Positions 29,616 through 37,279 of a stretch of DNA of 62,843 bases are shown in pieces (the stretch's first letter is position 1; every line of letters begins with the position of its first letter). The DNA is from an uncultured Alphaproteobacteria bacterium (GTDB taxonomy: Bacteria > Electryoneota > RPQS01 > DYHQ01). The notes beneath the pieces were generated by a model that saw only the letters and a list, made by a program, of their open reading frames with translations, was not told the origin of the DNA and searched no databases. Both the position numbers and the translations under genes were made by a program. Location of the stretch: the NCBI GenBank assembly GCA_964543855.1, contig CAZJAD010000004.1:1-62843 (forward strand), written 5' to 3'.

Positions 29616-30257
29616 TTATTTGTTCTCTTTCGTACCCTCACCAGCCCTGACTGTCAGCGTGACCCGCTCGACCTCGCCGAATTCCACAAGCTGAAAGACA
29701 GCCTTTGTCTGGGTCACGGTCACGATCTTTCCTCGAAACACAGAATCTCCTTCACGAAGAAAGAAGTTGTTACCATCTTTGTCCCTCACCATTGCCAAGT
29801 ACTGACCACCACTCCAGACCACTCCGGTCAGAACGGCTCCATCGACGCGCAACAGATCGGTTTTGATGTCCTCGTCTGCCTTGCCTTGCGATATCAGCGG
29901 GCGGAACGGATCCCTTCGCCCTCGTGAATCATAAGCGAAGGGGTCTTCGCGGCGAAGGCTCGACCTCCGTGGCGCCACCTGGTTGGCCGCTCCAGAAGAG
30001 GGTGCTCTCGTCTCGCTTGGAGGGACCACCGTCGGGATATGGCCCGCGACGGCAGTCGAGTCCGTGACTGTGACAACTCCTTCTCGTTTCGGAGACGAGG
30101 ACTTCTCGTTCTGCCCGAAAGCAGTGCTCCCGCCCATCAAGACAACAAGAACCAGAAGGGCACTCACGCAAACATGCATTTTGCCGCAGATTGACTGAGA
30201 CCGCCTGCCGACTTCGGGGCCCGAGCAAGCGACATTCTGCCACTTTGAATCCATCAC
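29616..30257 (-). CDS. pilP: PilP-like pilus assembly protein
   Basis: C-terminal DPFRPL...LTGVVWSGGQYLAMVRDKDGNNFFLREGDSVFRGKIVTVTQTKAVFQ resembles the PilP beta-domain. Positioned between pilO and pilQ. The likely true start is the MHVCVSALLVLVVL.. Met at 30179. Confidence 0.55.
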   Translation of the reverse strand: MMDSKWQNVACSGPEVGRRSQSICGKMHVCVSALLVLVVLMGGSTAFGQNEKSSSPKREGVVTVTDSTAVAGHIPTVVPPSETRAPSSGAANQVAPRRSSLRREDPFAYDSRGRRDPFRPLISQGKADEDIKTDLLRVDGAVLTGVVWSGGQYLAMVRDKDGNNFFLREGDSVFRGKIVTVTQTKAVFQLVEFGEVERVTLTVRAGEGTKENK

Positions 30258-30267
30258 AGAACTCCTG

Positions 30268-30891
30268 TTAACTCCGCTTCGCAGCCGGTTTTCGGGTCTG
30301 TGGGCTCTCTGGAGTCGACACCGTGCCTGGTGAGCCCAGGGGCTTGAAGATATAGATTGTCGCCAGGAATTCCGCTTCCACGGTGTTCACCGACCTTCCT
30401 TTGCGGGGCGCCCAAGCCGTTGTTCTGAGCTCCGAGATGCTCACGATGCGCGGCAGCGCGGCGACCCTGGAAAGGAACTGCCCCAAGCGATGATAGGTGG
30501 ACAGCGTCTTGACTCGAATCGGATTCTCCCAATAGTACGGATGCTCGACGGCATCCAGCGGCCGGAAAAGAAGAAAGGTCACTTCGCTACTCCGACCGGC
30601 AAGGGTGATCCTCTTGAGCAAATCATCCATCTCCTTTTCCGTTGGCAGCAGCTCAAGGGCGGCTTCCCAGTTGACGGTCAATTGGGCGTAGGTTGCCTGG
30701 AGAGTATGGTAACTCTTCGCCACGCGTCTGCCTCGTTCCAGGCGTTCCCGCTCCTGTTTGAGTTTCTCGGCTGATTGCTTGATCGCCTCGCTCCTCGGCC
30801 CATAGACATAGTTGGAGTATCCGTAGACGAGGGCTATCGCCAAGCCGCCAAGAAGCAGCCATTTCTGAATGGCTGGGTTGCGCAGTTTCAC
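30268..30891 (-). CDS. pilO: type IV pilus assembly protein PilO
   Basis: 207 aa: N-terminal TM helix, coiled coil (AEKLKQERERLERG), and LPTEKEMDDLLKRITLAG..., typical of PilO. Confidence 0.7.
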   Translation of the reverse strand: MKLRNPAIQKWLLLGGLAIALVYGYSNYVYGPRSEAIKQSAEKLKQERERLERGRRVAKSYHTLQATYAQLTVNWEAALELLPTEKEMDDLLKRITLAGRSSEVTFLLFRPLDAVEHPYYWENPIRVKTLSTYHRLGQFLSRVAALPRIVSISELRTTAWAPRKGRSVNTVEAEFLATIYIFKPLGSPGTVSTPESPQTRKPAAKRS

Positions 30892-30893
30892 CG

Positions 30894-31349
30894 TTAGCCT
30901 CCCCCTCCCGAACCGACGGATGCGAACTGGGTCAAGTTCACCGACGGACAGATGAAATTGCCGCCCGCTTGCACCGTCGCTCCACCCACCCAGGAGAATG
31001 TCTTATCACGGTAGTAGTAGCTCACGGCGACATCGCCCATATAGTGATACGTGATTTTTCCTGTGATTGCATCCCGTTCACTTCCCAGATACAGGGTTCC
31101 TTCGAAGTGGCCGTTTTCGTCCGTATAGAACCAGCGATCGGGACCCTCGTACGGCACATCACTGGAAGGATCCGATTCAAGCAGGACGGCCACACCTTGC
31201 ACGCCCTGGGCCTCCGTTTCATCCACGAACACCCATCCCGAGAGCATCGCCGCGTCCGGGTACTCATCAATGCCCTCGGTACAACCTGATACGAGAAGAA
31301 TAATGGCGATCATGTACAACATAAGGGCAAGGGGGCTATACCTTTCCAT
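30894..31349 (-). CDS. lipoprotein with carboxypeptidase-regulatory-like beta-sandwich, inserted between pilN and pilO
   Basis: 151 aa with lipobox LLVSGC. GWVFVDETEAQGVQGVAVLLE...YTDENGHFEG fits the CarboxypepD_reg pattern. The stop lies 2 nt from the pilO start. Confidence 0.6.
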   Translation of the reverse strand: MERYSPLALMLYMIAIILLVSGCTEGIDEYPDAAMLSGWVFVDETEAQGVQGVAVLLESDPSSDVPYEGPDRWFYTDENGHFEGTLYLGSERDAITGKITYHYMGDVAVSYYYRDKTFSWVGGATVQAGGNFICPSVNLTQFASVGSGGGG

Positions 31350-31426
31350 GGCCTCCTCCAGAAAATATGGTGTCGACTCAGAGAATTATCCAAACAGCCC
31401 AAGGTTCGCACAGCGTTCCTCACACC

Positions 31427-33142
31427 TTACGGTTTTTTCTGCTGGGCGGCGCGGGCTTCTCGAACCGCGCGTGTGCCTTGAGCGACCAAGTCCTCTTTTT
31501 CCGGCGATGCGGCGATATCCGCTGACGCCGATTTGATTTGTGCCGTCAGCGTGAACTTCGTCACTCCCGTGTTGGCGATTTCGGCCTTTTCGGTCACAGT
31601 CAAGTTAACATTCGTGAAGTAAGGCGATTCAACCAAATTCCCCATCAATTCCGCCACCTTCAAATTGGAGGAAGTCACGCCATCCAGAACCAGAGACCCG
31701 CCTCCCGCGCCCTCTTCCCGAACAGATGTCAACCAAGTCAGACTGGGCAGGGCTCGGTTTATTTCATCCAGAAGGTGAATTCGCAGAAAGCGGTCATGGT
31801 CAAGTTGCTCAATCAAAGTAATCCGCTTGGCAATGTCAGCCCGCTTCGCCGTCAACTCTTCGACAACGGCGATCTTGTCCGCGTAGAGTGCCGCCTCCTG
31901 CTGAACTTCGACCAAGCGCTTCTTCAGGATCCCAAGCTTGTTCTCCTGGACGACGGTCGCAATCACCATCACCAAGAGCAGAATCGCGAAACCGAGAATC
32001 GGTAAGACAACGGACGCTCCAGTCAGGTGGTCCTTCTTGCCGTCCTTCTGCTCCTCCGGTGGCAGAAGATTGAATCCCGGGTAGCTGTCTCCTAAGCCCC
32101 GAAGAGCCAGTCCGACCGCTGTCGTCAAATCCGGCGCCACGAGCTTGAGGTCGTCCTCTCGACCGTCCGCTCGGGATGCAAAGCGCAGGGGATCCGCCAA
32201 CTCCACATCCGTACCGAGCTTCTCACTGAGCACCGGGACGATCCCAGGCAGATGCGCGCCCCCTCCGCAGAGAAGGACACGCGATACAGGCTGCTCCGCT
32301 GCCGGACCGAAATTCGCGGGAAACGCCCGAAGAGCAGAGTCCGCCAGCCTTTCGCCGGCATGTTGAGCAATCTCCTGAAGAGCGATCTCGTCGCCTTGGG
32401 AGTGTTTCTCACTCGACAGAAGCGCGACGGCCCGCTCAAAGGTAATTCCGCGGCGACGGATCAGTCCCTCGATGTAGGTTCTGCCGGCGACATTGATGTC
32501 ACGGGAACCTTCGAATCGACCGGATTGGAAAAGGACCATCGTCGAGGCCTGAAATCCAATCTGAAGGACTGCCAGGGTCGTCTGGCTGTCAAGTTCTCCG
32601 TTTTCGATCAAGGTGGCCTGCAGTGCAAAAGGCTCCACATCCAAGAGAGACGGTTTGCATCCTGCGTCACGGAGTGCATCGGCCATCGAATACACGAGGT
32701 CATTCTTCGCGGCGACCAGCAGAACCTGCATTCCTTCTGAATCGAGGTCCGGGGGAAGAGAAGCGTAATCCAATGTCACTTCGCGCACATCAAAGGGAAG
32801 ACTCTGTTCGGCCTCATAGGGGATCGCGGCGGCCAGTTCGTCCTCGGACATCTGATCCGTCACGATTTTCTTTATCATCACTCCCTTGCCATAGACCGCC
32901 GTCGCCACATCCTTCCCACGTGTCTTTGCAGTGGTGACCATCCGCGATAGTGTCTGGCCGACCTGAACGCCGTCCATGATCTGATAATCGACAATACTCC
33001 CATGAGGGAGCGGCTCGACGTGATAGTGCTCGAGCTCAATGCCTGTCTTCGACCTCTTCAGGACGACGATTTTTATGCGGTGGGTGCCAATATCCACACC
33101 GACTGCTCGCTTGGCACGCCCAACCATATTTGGTGCCCTCAA
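31427..33142 (-). CDS. pilMN: PilM-PilN fusion protein
   Basis: 571 aa. Residues ~10-355 are an actin-like ATPase PilM (VGVDIGTHRIKIVVL..., LLCGGGAHLPG). From residue ~357, GFNLLPPEEQK plus a TM helix (VVLPILGFAILLLVMVIATVV) plus a coiled coil form a PilN/Fimbrial-assembly domain. The junction is near nt 32077. Confidence 0.8.
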   Translation of the reverse strand: MRAPNMVGRAKRAVGVDIGTHRIKIVVLKRSKTGIELEHYHVEPLPHGSIVDYQIMDGVQVGQTLSRMVTTAKTRGKDVATAVYGKGVMIKKIVTDQMSEDELAAAIPYEAEQSLPFDVREVTLDYASLPPDLDSEGMQVLLVAAKNDLVYSMADALRDAGCKPSLLDVEPFALQATLIENGELDSQTTLAVLQIGFQASTMVLFQSGRFEGSRDINVAGRTYIEGLIRRRGITFERAVALLSSEKHSQGDEIALQEIAQHAGERLADSALRAFPANFGPAAEQPVSRVLLCGGGAHLPGIVPVLSEKLGTDVELADPLRFASRADGREDDLKLVAPDLTTAVGLALRGLGDSYPGFNLLPPEEQKDGKKDHLTGASVVLPILGFAILLLVMVIATVVQENKLGILKKRLVEVQQEAALYADKIAVVEELTAKRADIAKRITLIEQLDHDRFLRIHLLDEINRALPSLTWLTSVREEGAGGGSLVLDGVTSSNLKVAELMGNLVESPYFTNVNLTVTEKAEIANTGVTKFTLTAQIKSASADIAASPEKEDLVAQGTRAVREARAAQQKKP

Positions 33143-33177
33143 TCTTCAGGAGCGATGGACAGCTGTCCGGACTCCTG

Positions 33178-34302
33178 TTACCCTTGCCCTTTCTGAAGAT
33201 CCCCCGTCGAAAACGCTCTCCGCGGAAAACGGAAGCGGAAAAGATTCCCTGTTTCGGGACCACTCTCTACGACGATCGTACCACCGAGTGATTCTGCGAG
33301 CATCTTCGCGATGGCGAGACCAAGCCCTGTGCCAACGACCTTGCCGGCCGCCTGCCCGCGGAAGAAACGTTCGAAGATGTGCGGAATCTCATCCTGCGGA
33401 ATTCCGGGGCCATTGTCTTCAACCGATACCTGCAACGCCTCTTCCGAATCCTCGACCGAGAGTCTGACGTTGCCCCCCGGAGGAGTGTAAACGATGGCGT
33501 TCTGCAAGAGATTGACCAGAATGCGACGCAGATGGTCGTGAGACGCCATAACTGGGCCCCGCACGGCGCCGAAGTTTGTCTCCACATGGAGACGCCGCCG
33601 CTCAGCCTCCGGCATGAAATCTCTGAGCACGCTCTCGATTACACCGATCACATCCACGACCTCGCTCGGACCATATAGGTAGTCTATCTCCAATCGGCGG
33701 TAGTCAAGGAGGTCCTCGGTGAATTTTGCCAACCGGTCCACCTCTTCGTCAATGATCTGCACATAGCGGGCGCGGCGCACATCGTCGATTCCCGGGTGCT
33801 GATAGAGCGTGTAGACATGCCCTTTGATCAGCCCAAGAGAGGTTCGCAGCGCAAAGTCCAGAGCTGCCCGGTGTTCTTCCGCGACATCCCAGAGTCGGCT
33901 GCCAAGAACGGTCTCTTGCGAAACATCCCGGACAATTCCCACAATCGCCCCAAGGTCACCGTCGGATGCGACACGAGCCTGGCGGCACTCGGCAGTGCGT
34001 GAGCCTCCATCAGCCGGCTGGAAGACAACGGTCGTGCGCTCCGGTCGGCCATCTTGAATAATCAACTCTACGGCCCGACGAGCCATTGGGATGCTGTCGA
34101 CCGACAAATCGTCGTAGTAACTCGTTCCAACGAGACTCTCCTCAGATTTCCCCATCAGTTGGCAGAAGACCGAGTTAGCGGCCACATACCTGCCCTCGGA
34201 ATCGAGCAGGAAGATCCCGTCGGGAGCGGCGTCGACGACTTTGTCCCAGAGGCCGACATCGGGCAGACTCTCGAGACCGGACCCAGCTTCTCTTTCAAGC
34301 AT
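33178..34302 (-). CDS. cytoplasmic PAS-domain histidine-kinase-like protein (non-canonical H-box)
   Basis: 374 aa. PAS region (PDGIFLLDSEGRYVAANSVFCQLMG), DHp-like helix DFALRTSLGLIKGH, and an intact HATPase domain (NLLQNAIVYTPPGG, VEDNGPGIP, FERFFRG, GTGLGLAIAK). Confidence 0.8.
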   Translation of the reverse strand: MLEREAGSGLESLPDVGLWDKVVDAAPDGIFLLDSEGRYVAANSVFCQLMGKSEESLVGTSYYDDLSVDSIPMARRAVELIIQDGRPERTTVVFQPADGGSRTAECRQARVASDGDLGAIVGIVRDVSQETVLGSRLWDVAEEHRAALDFALRTSLGLIKGHVYTLYQHPGIDDVRRARYVQIIDEEVDRLAKFTEDLLDYRRLEIDYLYGPSEVVDVIGVIESVLRDFMPEAERRRLHVETNFGAVRGPVMASHDHLRRILVNLLQNAIVYTPPGGNVRLSVEDSEEALQVSVEDNGPGIPQDEIPHIFERFFRGQAAGKVVGTGLGLAIAKMLAESLGGTIVVESGPETGNLFRFRFPRRAFSTGDLQKGQG

Positions 34303-34690
34303 GGCCAGCCTCCGTTGCTTTGCGAGCCGTCAAGACCTCTTCAATGCGCGAGAGGAGATCGGCAGGCAGAAAAGGCTTCGTGAGGTAATCCACAGCGCCA
34401 GCATCAAATCCCTCCAAACGATCTTCCCCCTGGCCTTTGGCGGTCAAGAAGATGATCGGCATCCCGCGCGCTTCCGGCACCTGGAGCAACGCTCGAGCGA
34501 GAGCGAAGCCATCCAACTCAGGCATCATGACATCAAGAATCGCGACATCGGGCTTTTCTCGACGAACAATCTCAACGGCCTGCGCAGGCTGAGTCGTCGC
34601 CAGTACACGATACCCTTCTTCGCTCAGATTGAACTCCAGAAGATCGACATAACGCTCATCATCGTCAACAATGAGCACACTTGCTTTCAT
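34295..34690 (-). CDS. stand-alone response regulator receiver
   Basis: 131 aa with LIVDDDE, phospho-Asp context VAILDVMMPELDG, IIFLTAKG and DYLTKPF. Overlaps both neighbouring genes (ATGA and ATGCTTGA). Confidence 0.88.
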   Translation of the reverse strand: MKASVLIVDDDERYVDLLEFNLSEEGYRVLATTQPAQAVEIVRREKPDVAILDVMMPELDGFALARALLQVPEARGMPIIFLTAKGQGEDRLEGFDAGAVDYLTKPFLPADLLSRIEEVLTARKATEAGHA

Positions 34691-36060
34691 TCGTACTGCT
34701 CCTCAAGATAGACGTCGTCTTTGGCCGTTCCTTCCGAGAGCGCCTTCTCAAAATCCTCCCGACCCGGAGACTCGGAGAGTCCCATGATATTCAACACCTC
34801 GTCCACGAGTTCCGGCTTGATCTCTTTGCGTCCAGTGATGGAAAGCGCCACAACTTGGTCCAGGATGTCGAGGAGGCGAGCAACCGTGCCATCCGCGCGA
34901 GTGACGAGATAGGCGAACACTTGCGGGGGAACCGGGATCCCACCCTTGCGCCGTGCGAGGATTTCCGTTTTGGCTTCAAGCGAGTACGGACCGATGCCGG
35001 CGACGAGTCCTTCGTCCATCGCGATCTTCAACTTGGGAAACAGACGCGGCACGGGGCGTGGATCGGTACGACAGGCCGCGATCAGCCATTTCCCATCCTG
35101 TGCCAGAGCGCGGAAGGTCTCGCAGAGTTCATCCTGAGCCCACGGTCGTTCAAAGAGATCCTCAAAATCGTCTACAAAGAGCAGGTCGAGCGCCCGATAG
35201 AAATAGCGAAAGGGACTGAGACGATTCTCTTTGAGTGCCTCCAGATATTCCATGCCGAATCGCCGTCCAGTTGTATAGAGAAAGCGCCGTTCGGGAGCAT
35301 GAGCCGTCATCCAGTTGGCGATCGCCATGAGGAGATGGGTTTTGCCACATCCAGTCTCACCAAAACAAACGAAAGGATTCGCGCTCTCCTCTCTTCTTCC
35401 TTCAGCAATCATCCTCGCGACCGAAAGGGCCAATTCGTTGGGACCATCCCTCACGAAAGAGTCGAAAGTCTTGCCCTTGTCAAGATCGACGCCGCGACCC
35501 ATCTGTTGATAGCGATCATCACACAACTGGTGTTGACGTCGCAGAAGAAAACGAGGTGGTTCCAGGGAGACGGCGCTCCTCGTATCCGGTGATGGCGGAT
35601 GACCATAATGCAAGTACAGGGCGCGTTCGATCGCTTCTCGACTGGCAATGAACGGGATGATCTCCAAATCGGTCACCTGCTTCAGAGCCATCATCGTTTC
35701 TCGGTTCAACGGGTCAGCAAACGCGATGGCCAAGCCGTTGGATGTCCGACGAATCGGCAAGAGATTGTGAGCATGAGCAAGCGCAGCCGGAATGTGGTGA
35801 ATGGCTTCCCGTTCGATCTCGATATCATCCAGCTTGAGATAGCGGTAATGGTAGATGTCACAAAGGAATGCCAACATCTCTTCTTCGGTCAAATATCCGA
35901 GAGCGACGAGGTGATCCTCGATCTCTCCTCCCTCGCGCCACTGCTTCTCCTGCGCGGTCCTGACCTGCTCTCTTGTGACGATCTCTGCCTCCAACAAGCG
36001 TTCATAGACCGGAATCTGTGACGCCAACTCAGTCATGCCCGATTGCCTTTCTCCCCACAC
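34687..36060 (-). CDS. T2SSE_N (GspE N-terminal-like) domain fused to DnaA/Hda-type AAA+ ATPase domain
   Basis: 457 aa. The N-terminal half parallels the PilB N-domain (LVALGYLTEEEMLAFLCDIY, HNLLPIRRTSNGLAIAFADPLN, IIPFIASREAIERAL). The C-terminal half has TFDSFV, Walker A GETGCGKTHLL, Walker B LLFVDDFEDL and IAACRT. No DNA-binding domain IV follows. Confidence 0.75.
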   Translation of the reverse strand: MWGERQSGMTELASQIPVYERLLEAEIVTREQVRTAQEKQWREGGEIEDHLVALGYLTEEEMLAFLCDIYHYRYLKLDDIEIEREAIHHIPAALAHAHNLLPIRRTSNGLAIAFADPLNRETMMALKQVTDLEIIPFIASREAIERALYLHYGHPPSPDTRSAVSLEPPRFLLRRQHQLCDDRYQQMGRGVDLDKGKTFDSFVRDGPNELALSVARMIAEGRREESANPFVCFGETGCGKTHLLMAIANWMTAHAPERRFLYTTGRRFGMEYLEALKENRLSPFRYFYRALDLLFVDDFEDLFERPWAQDELCETFRALAQDGKWLIAACRTDPRPVPRLFPKLKIAMDEGLVAGIGPYSLEAKTEILARRKGGIPVPPQVFAYLVTRADGTVARLLDILDQVVALSITGRKEIKPELVDEVLNIMGLSESPGREDFEKALSEGTAKDDVYLEEQYE

Positions 36061-36097
36061 AAGAATGCGGCTCCAGTCCGTTTATATGCCGTTTACC

Positions 36098-37225
36098 TCA
36101 ATGGCTCATTTCTGCGGATTCATGTTCGGCGAGCCGGGAACCGGAAGTCTTGATCCCGCGCAGGGCCAGCTCGAGGTCATTCGGATTCGTTGCCGTTTCC
36201 ATGGCGGTCTCAAGGGAGATCTTTCCTTGTCGATACAAACTCAAGATTGACTGATCAAAGCTCTGCATCCCGTGCGTACCACGATCATCCTCTACGAGTC
36301 CACCGATCAAGGATACCTTGTCCATATCCACGAGGCAATCTCGCACGGCTGCCGTCGTGATGAGGATCTCCACGACAGGCACCCGCCCTGGTTTGTCACA
36401 ACGAGGCACAAGGCGTTGCGAAACGATGGCCTGCAAAGTACCCGCGAGCATCGTTCTCACTTGCGCCTGTTCACTCAAAGGATAGAATGCGATAAGACGG
36501 TTGATCGCTTCCACGGCATTCAATGTGTGCAGCGTTGTCAGAACCAAGTGACCGGTCTCCGCAGCTTGCAATGCGACAAGCACTGTGTCTGGATCTCGAA
36601 TCTCACCGACCATAATGACATCGGGATCCTCTCGAAGCGCATGTATCAGGGCCGAATAAAAACTCGTCGTATCGATCATCACCTCGCGCTGGGCAATGAG
36701 GGATTTCTTGTTGACAAAGATGTACTCAATCGGATCCTCGATGCACAGGATATTCGTGCTGCGTGACTTGTTGATCTGCTCGACGAGGGCCGCCAGAGTC
36801 GTGGATTTACCGCAACCTGTCACTCCCGTCACAAGCACCAGCCCTCGACGCAAGGCGGCAATCTTCTCCAGCACGGGTGGCAGCGTGAGCTCTTCGAATG
36901 ACGGTATCTCCGTCTTGATCGCCCGAAGAGCTACAGCTGGTGATCCCTTCTGAAAATACAAATTCGCCCGCGTCCGACCGTACCCCGGCACGGTGAGGGC
37001 CAAGTCGAGCTCCTTTTCCCGGATAAACATATCGAGTTGCGTCGGAGTGAGGACTTCGCGCAGAAAGTTCTCCACCTCCTGCGAGGTCAACTTCTCGTTC
37101 TGAGTCCCGAAAAGCTCACCGTTGACGCGCAGTACAGGTGGCGCACCCGCTCGCAGATGCAAGTCACTTGCCTTGCGAACAAAAAGGGTTTCCAGAAGTC
37201 CTCGAAAATCCGTAGCCATATTCAA
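36098..37225 (-). CDS. pilT: type IV pilus retraction ATPase PilT (copy 1)
   Basis: 375 aa with ASDLHLRAGAPPVLRVNGEL, Walker A GVTGCGKSTT, EDPIEY, GEIRD and TGHLVLTTLHT. Confidence 0.9.
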   Translation of the reverse strand: MNMATDFRGLLETLFVRKASDLHLRAGAPPVLRVNGELFGTQNEKLTSQEVENFLREVLTPTQLDMFIREKELDLALTVPGYGRTRANLYFQKGSPAVALRAIKTEIPSFEELTLPPVLEKIAALRRGLVLVTGVTGCGKSTTLAALVEQINKSRSTNILCIEDPIEYIFVNKKSLIAQREVMIDTTSFYSALIHALREDPDVIMVGEIRDPDTVLVALQAAETGHLVLTTLHTLNAVEAINRLIAFYPLSEQAQVRTMLAGTLQAIVSQRLVPRCDKPGRVPVVEILITTAAVRDCLVDMDKVSLIGGLVEDDRGTHGMQSFDQSILSLYRQGKISLETAMETATNPNDLELALRGIKTSGSRLAEHESAEMSH

Positions 37226-37279
37226 TCTCCCGGCGCCGATTGTCCGTTGCCATCTGATGGCTCCGCTTGCGGCCGTACC

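Noticed and set aside
28731-29927. 398-aa plus-strand ORF over pilQ and pilP-like
   Set aside because: It is antisense to the secretin gene, with no motifs and no plausible RBS. It is a shadow ORF.
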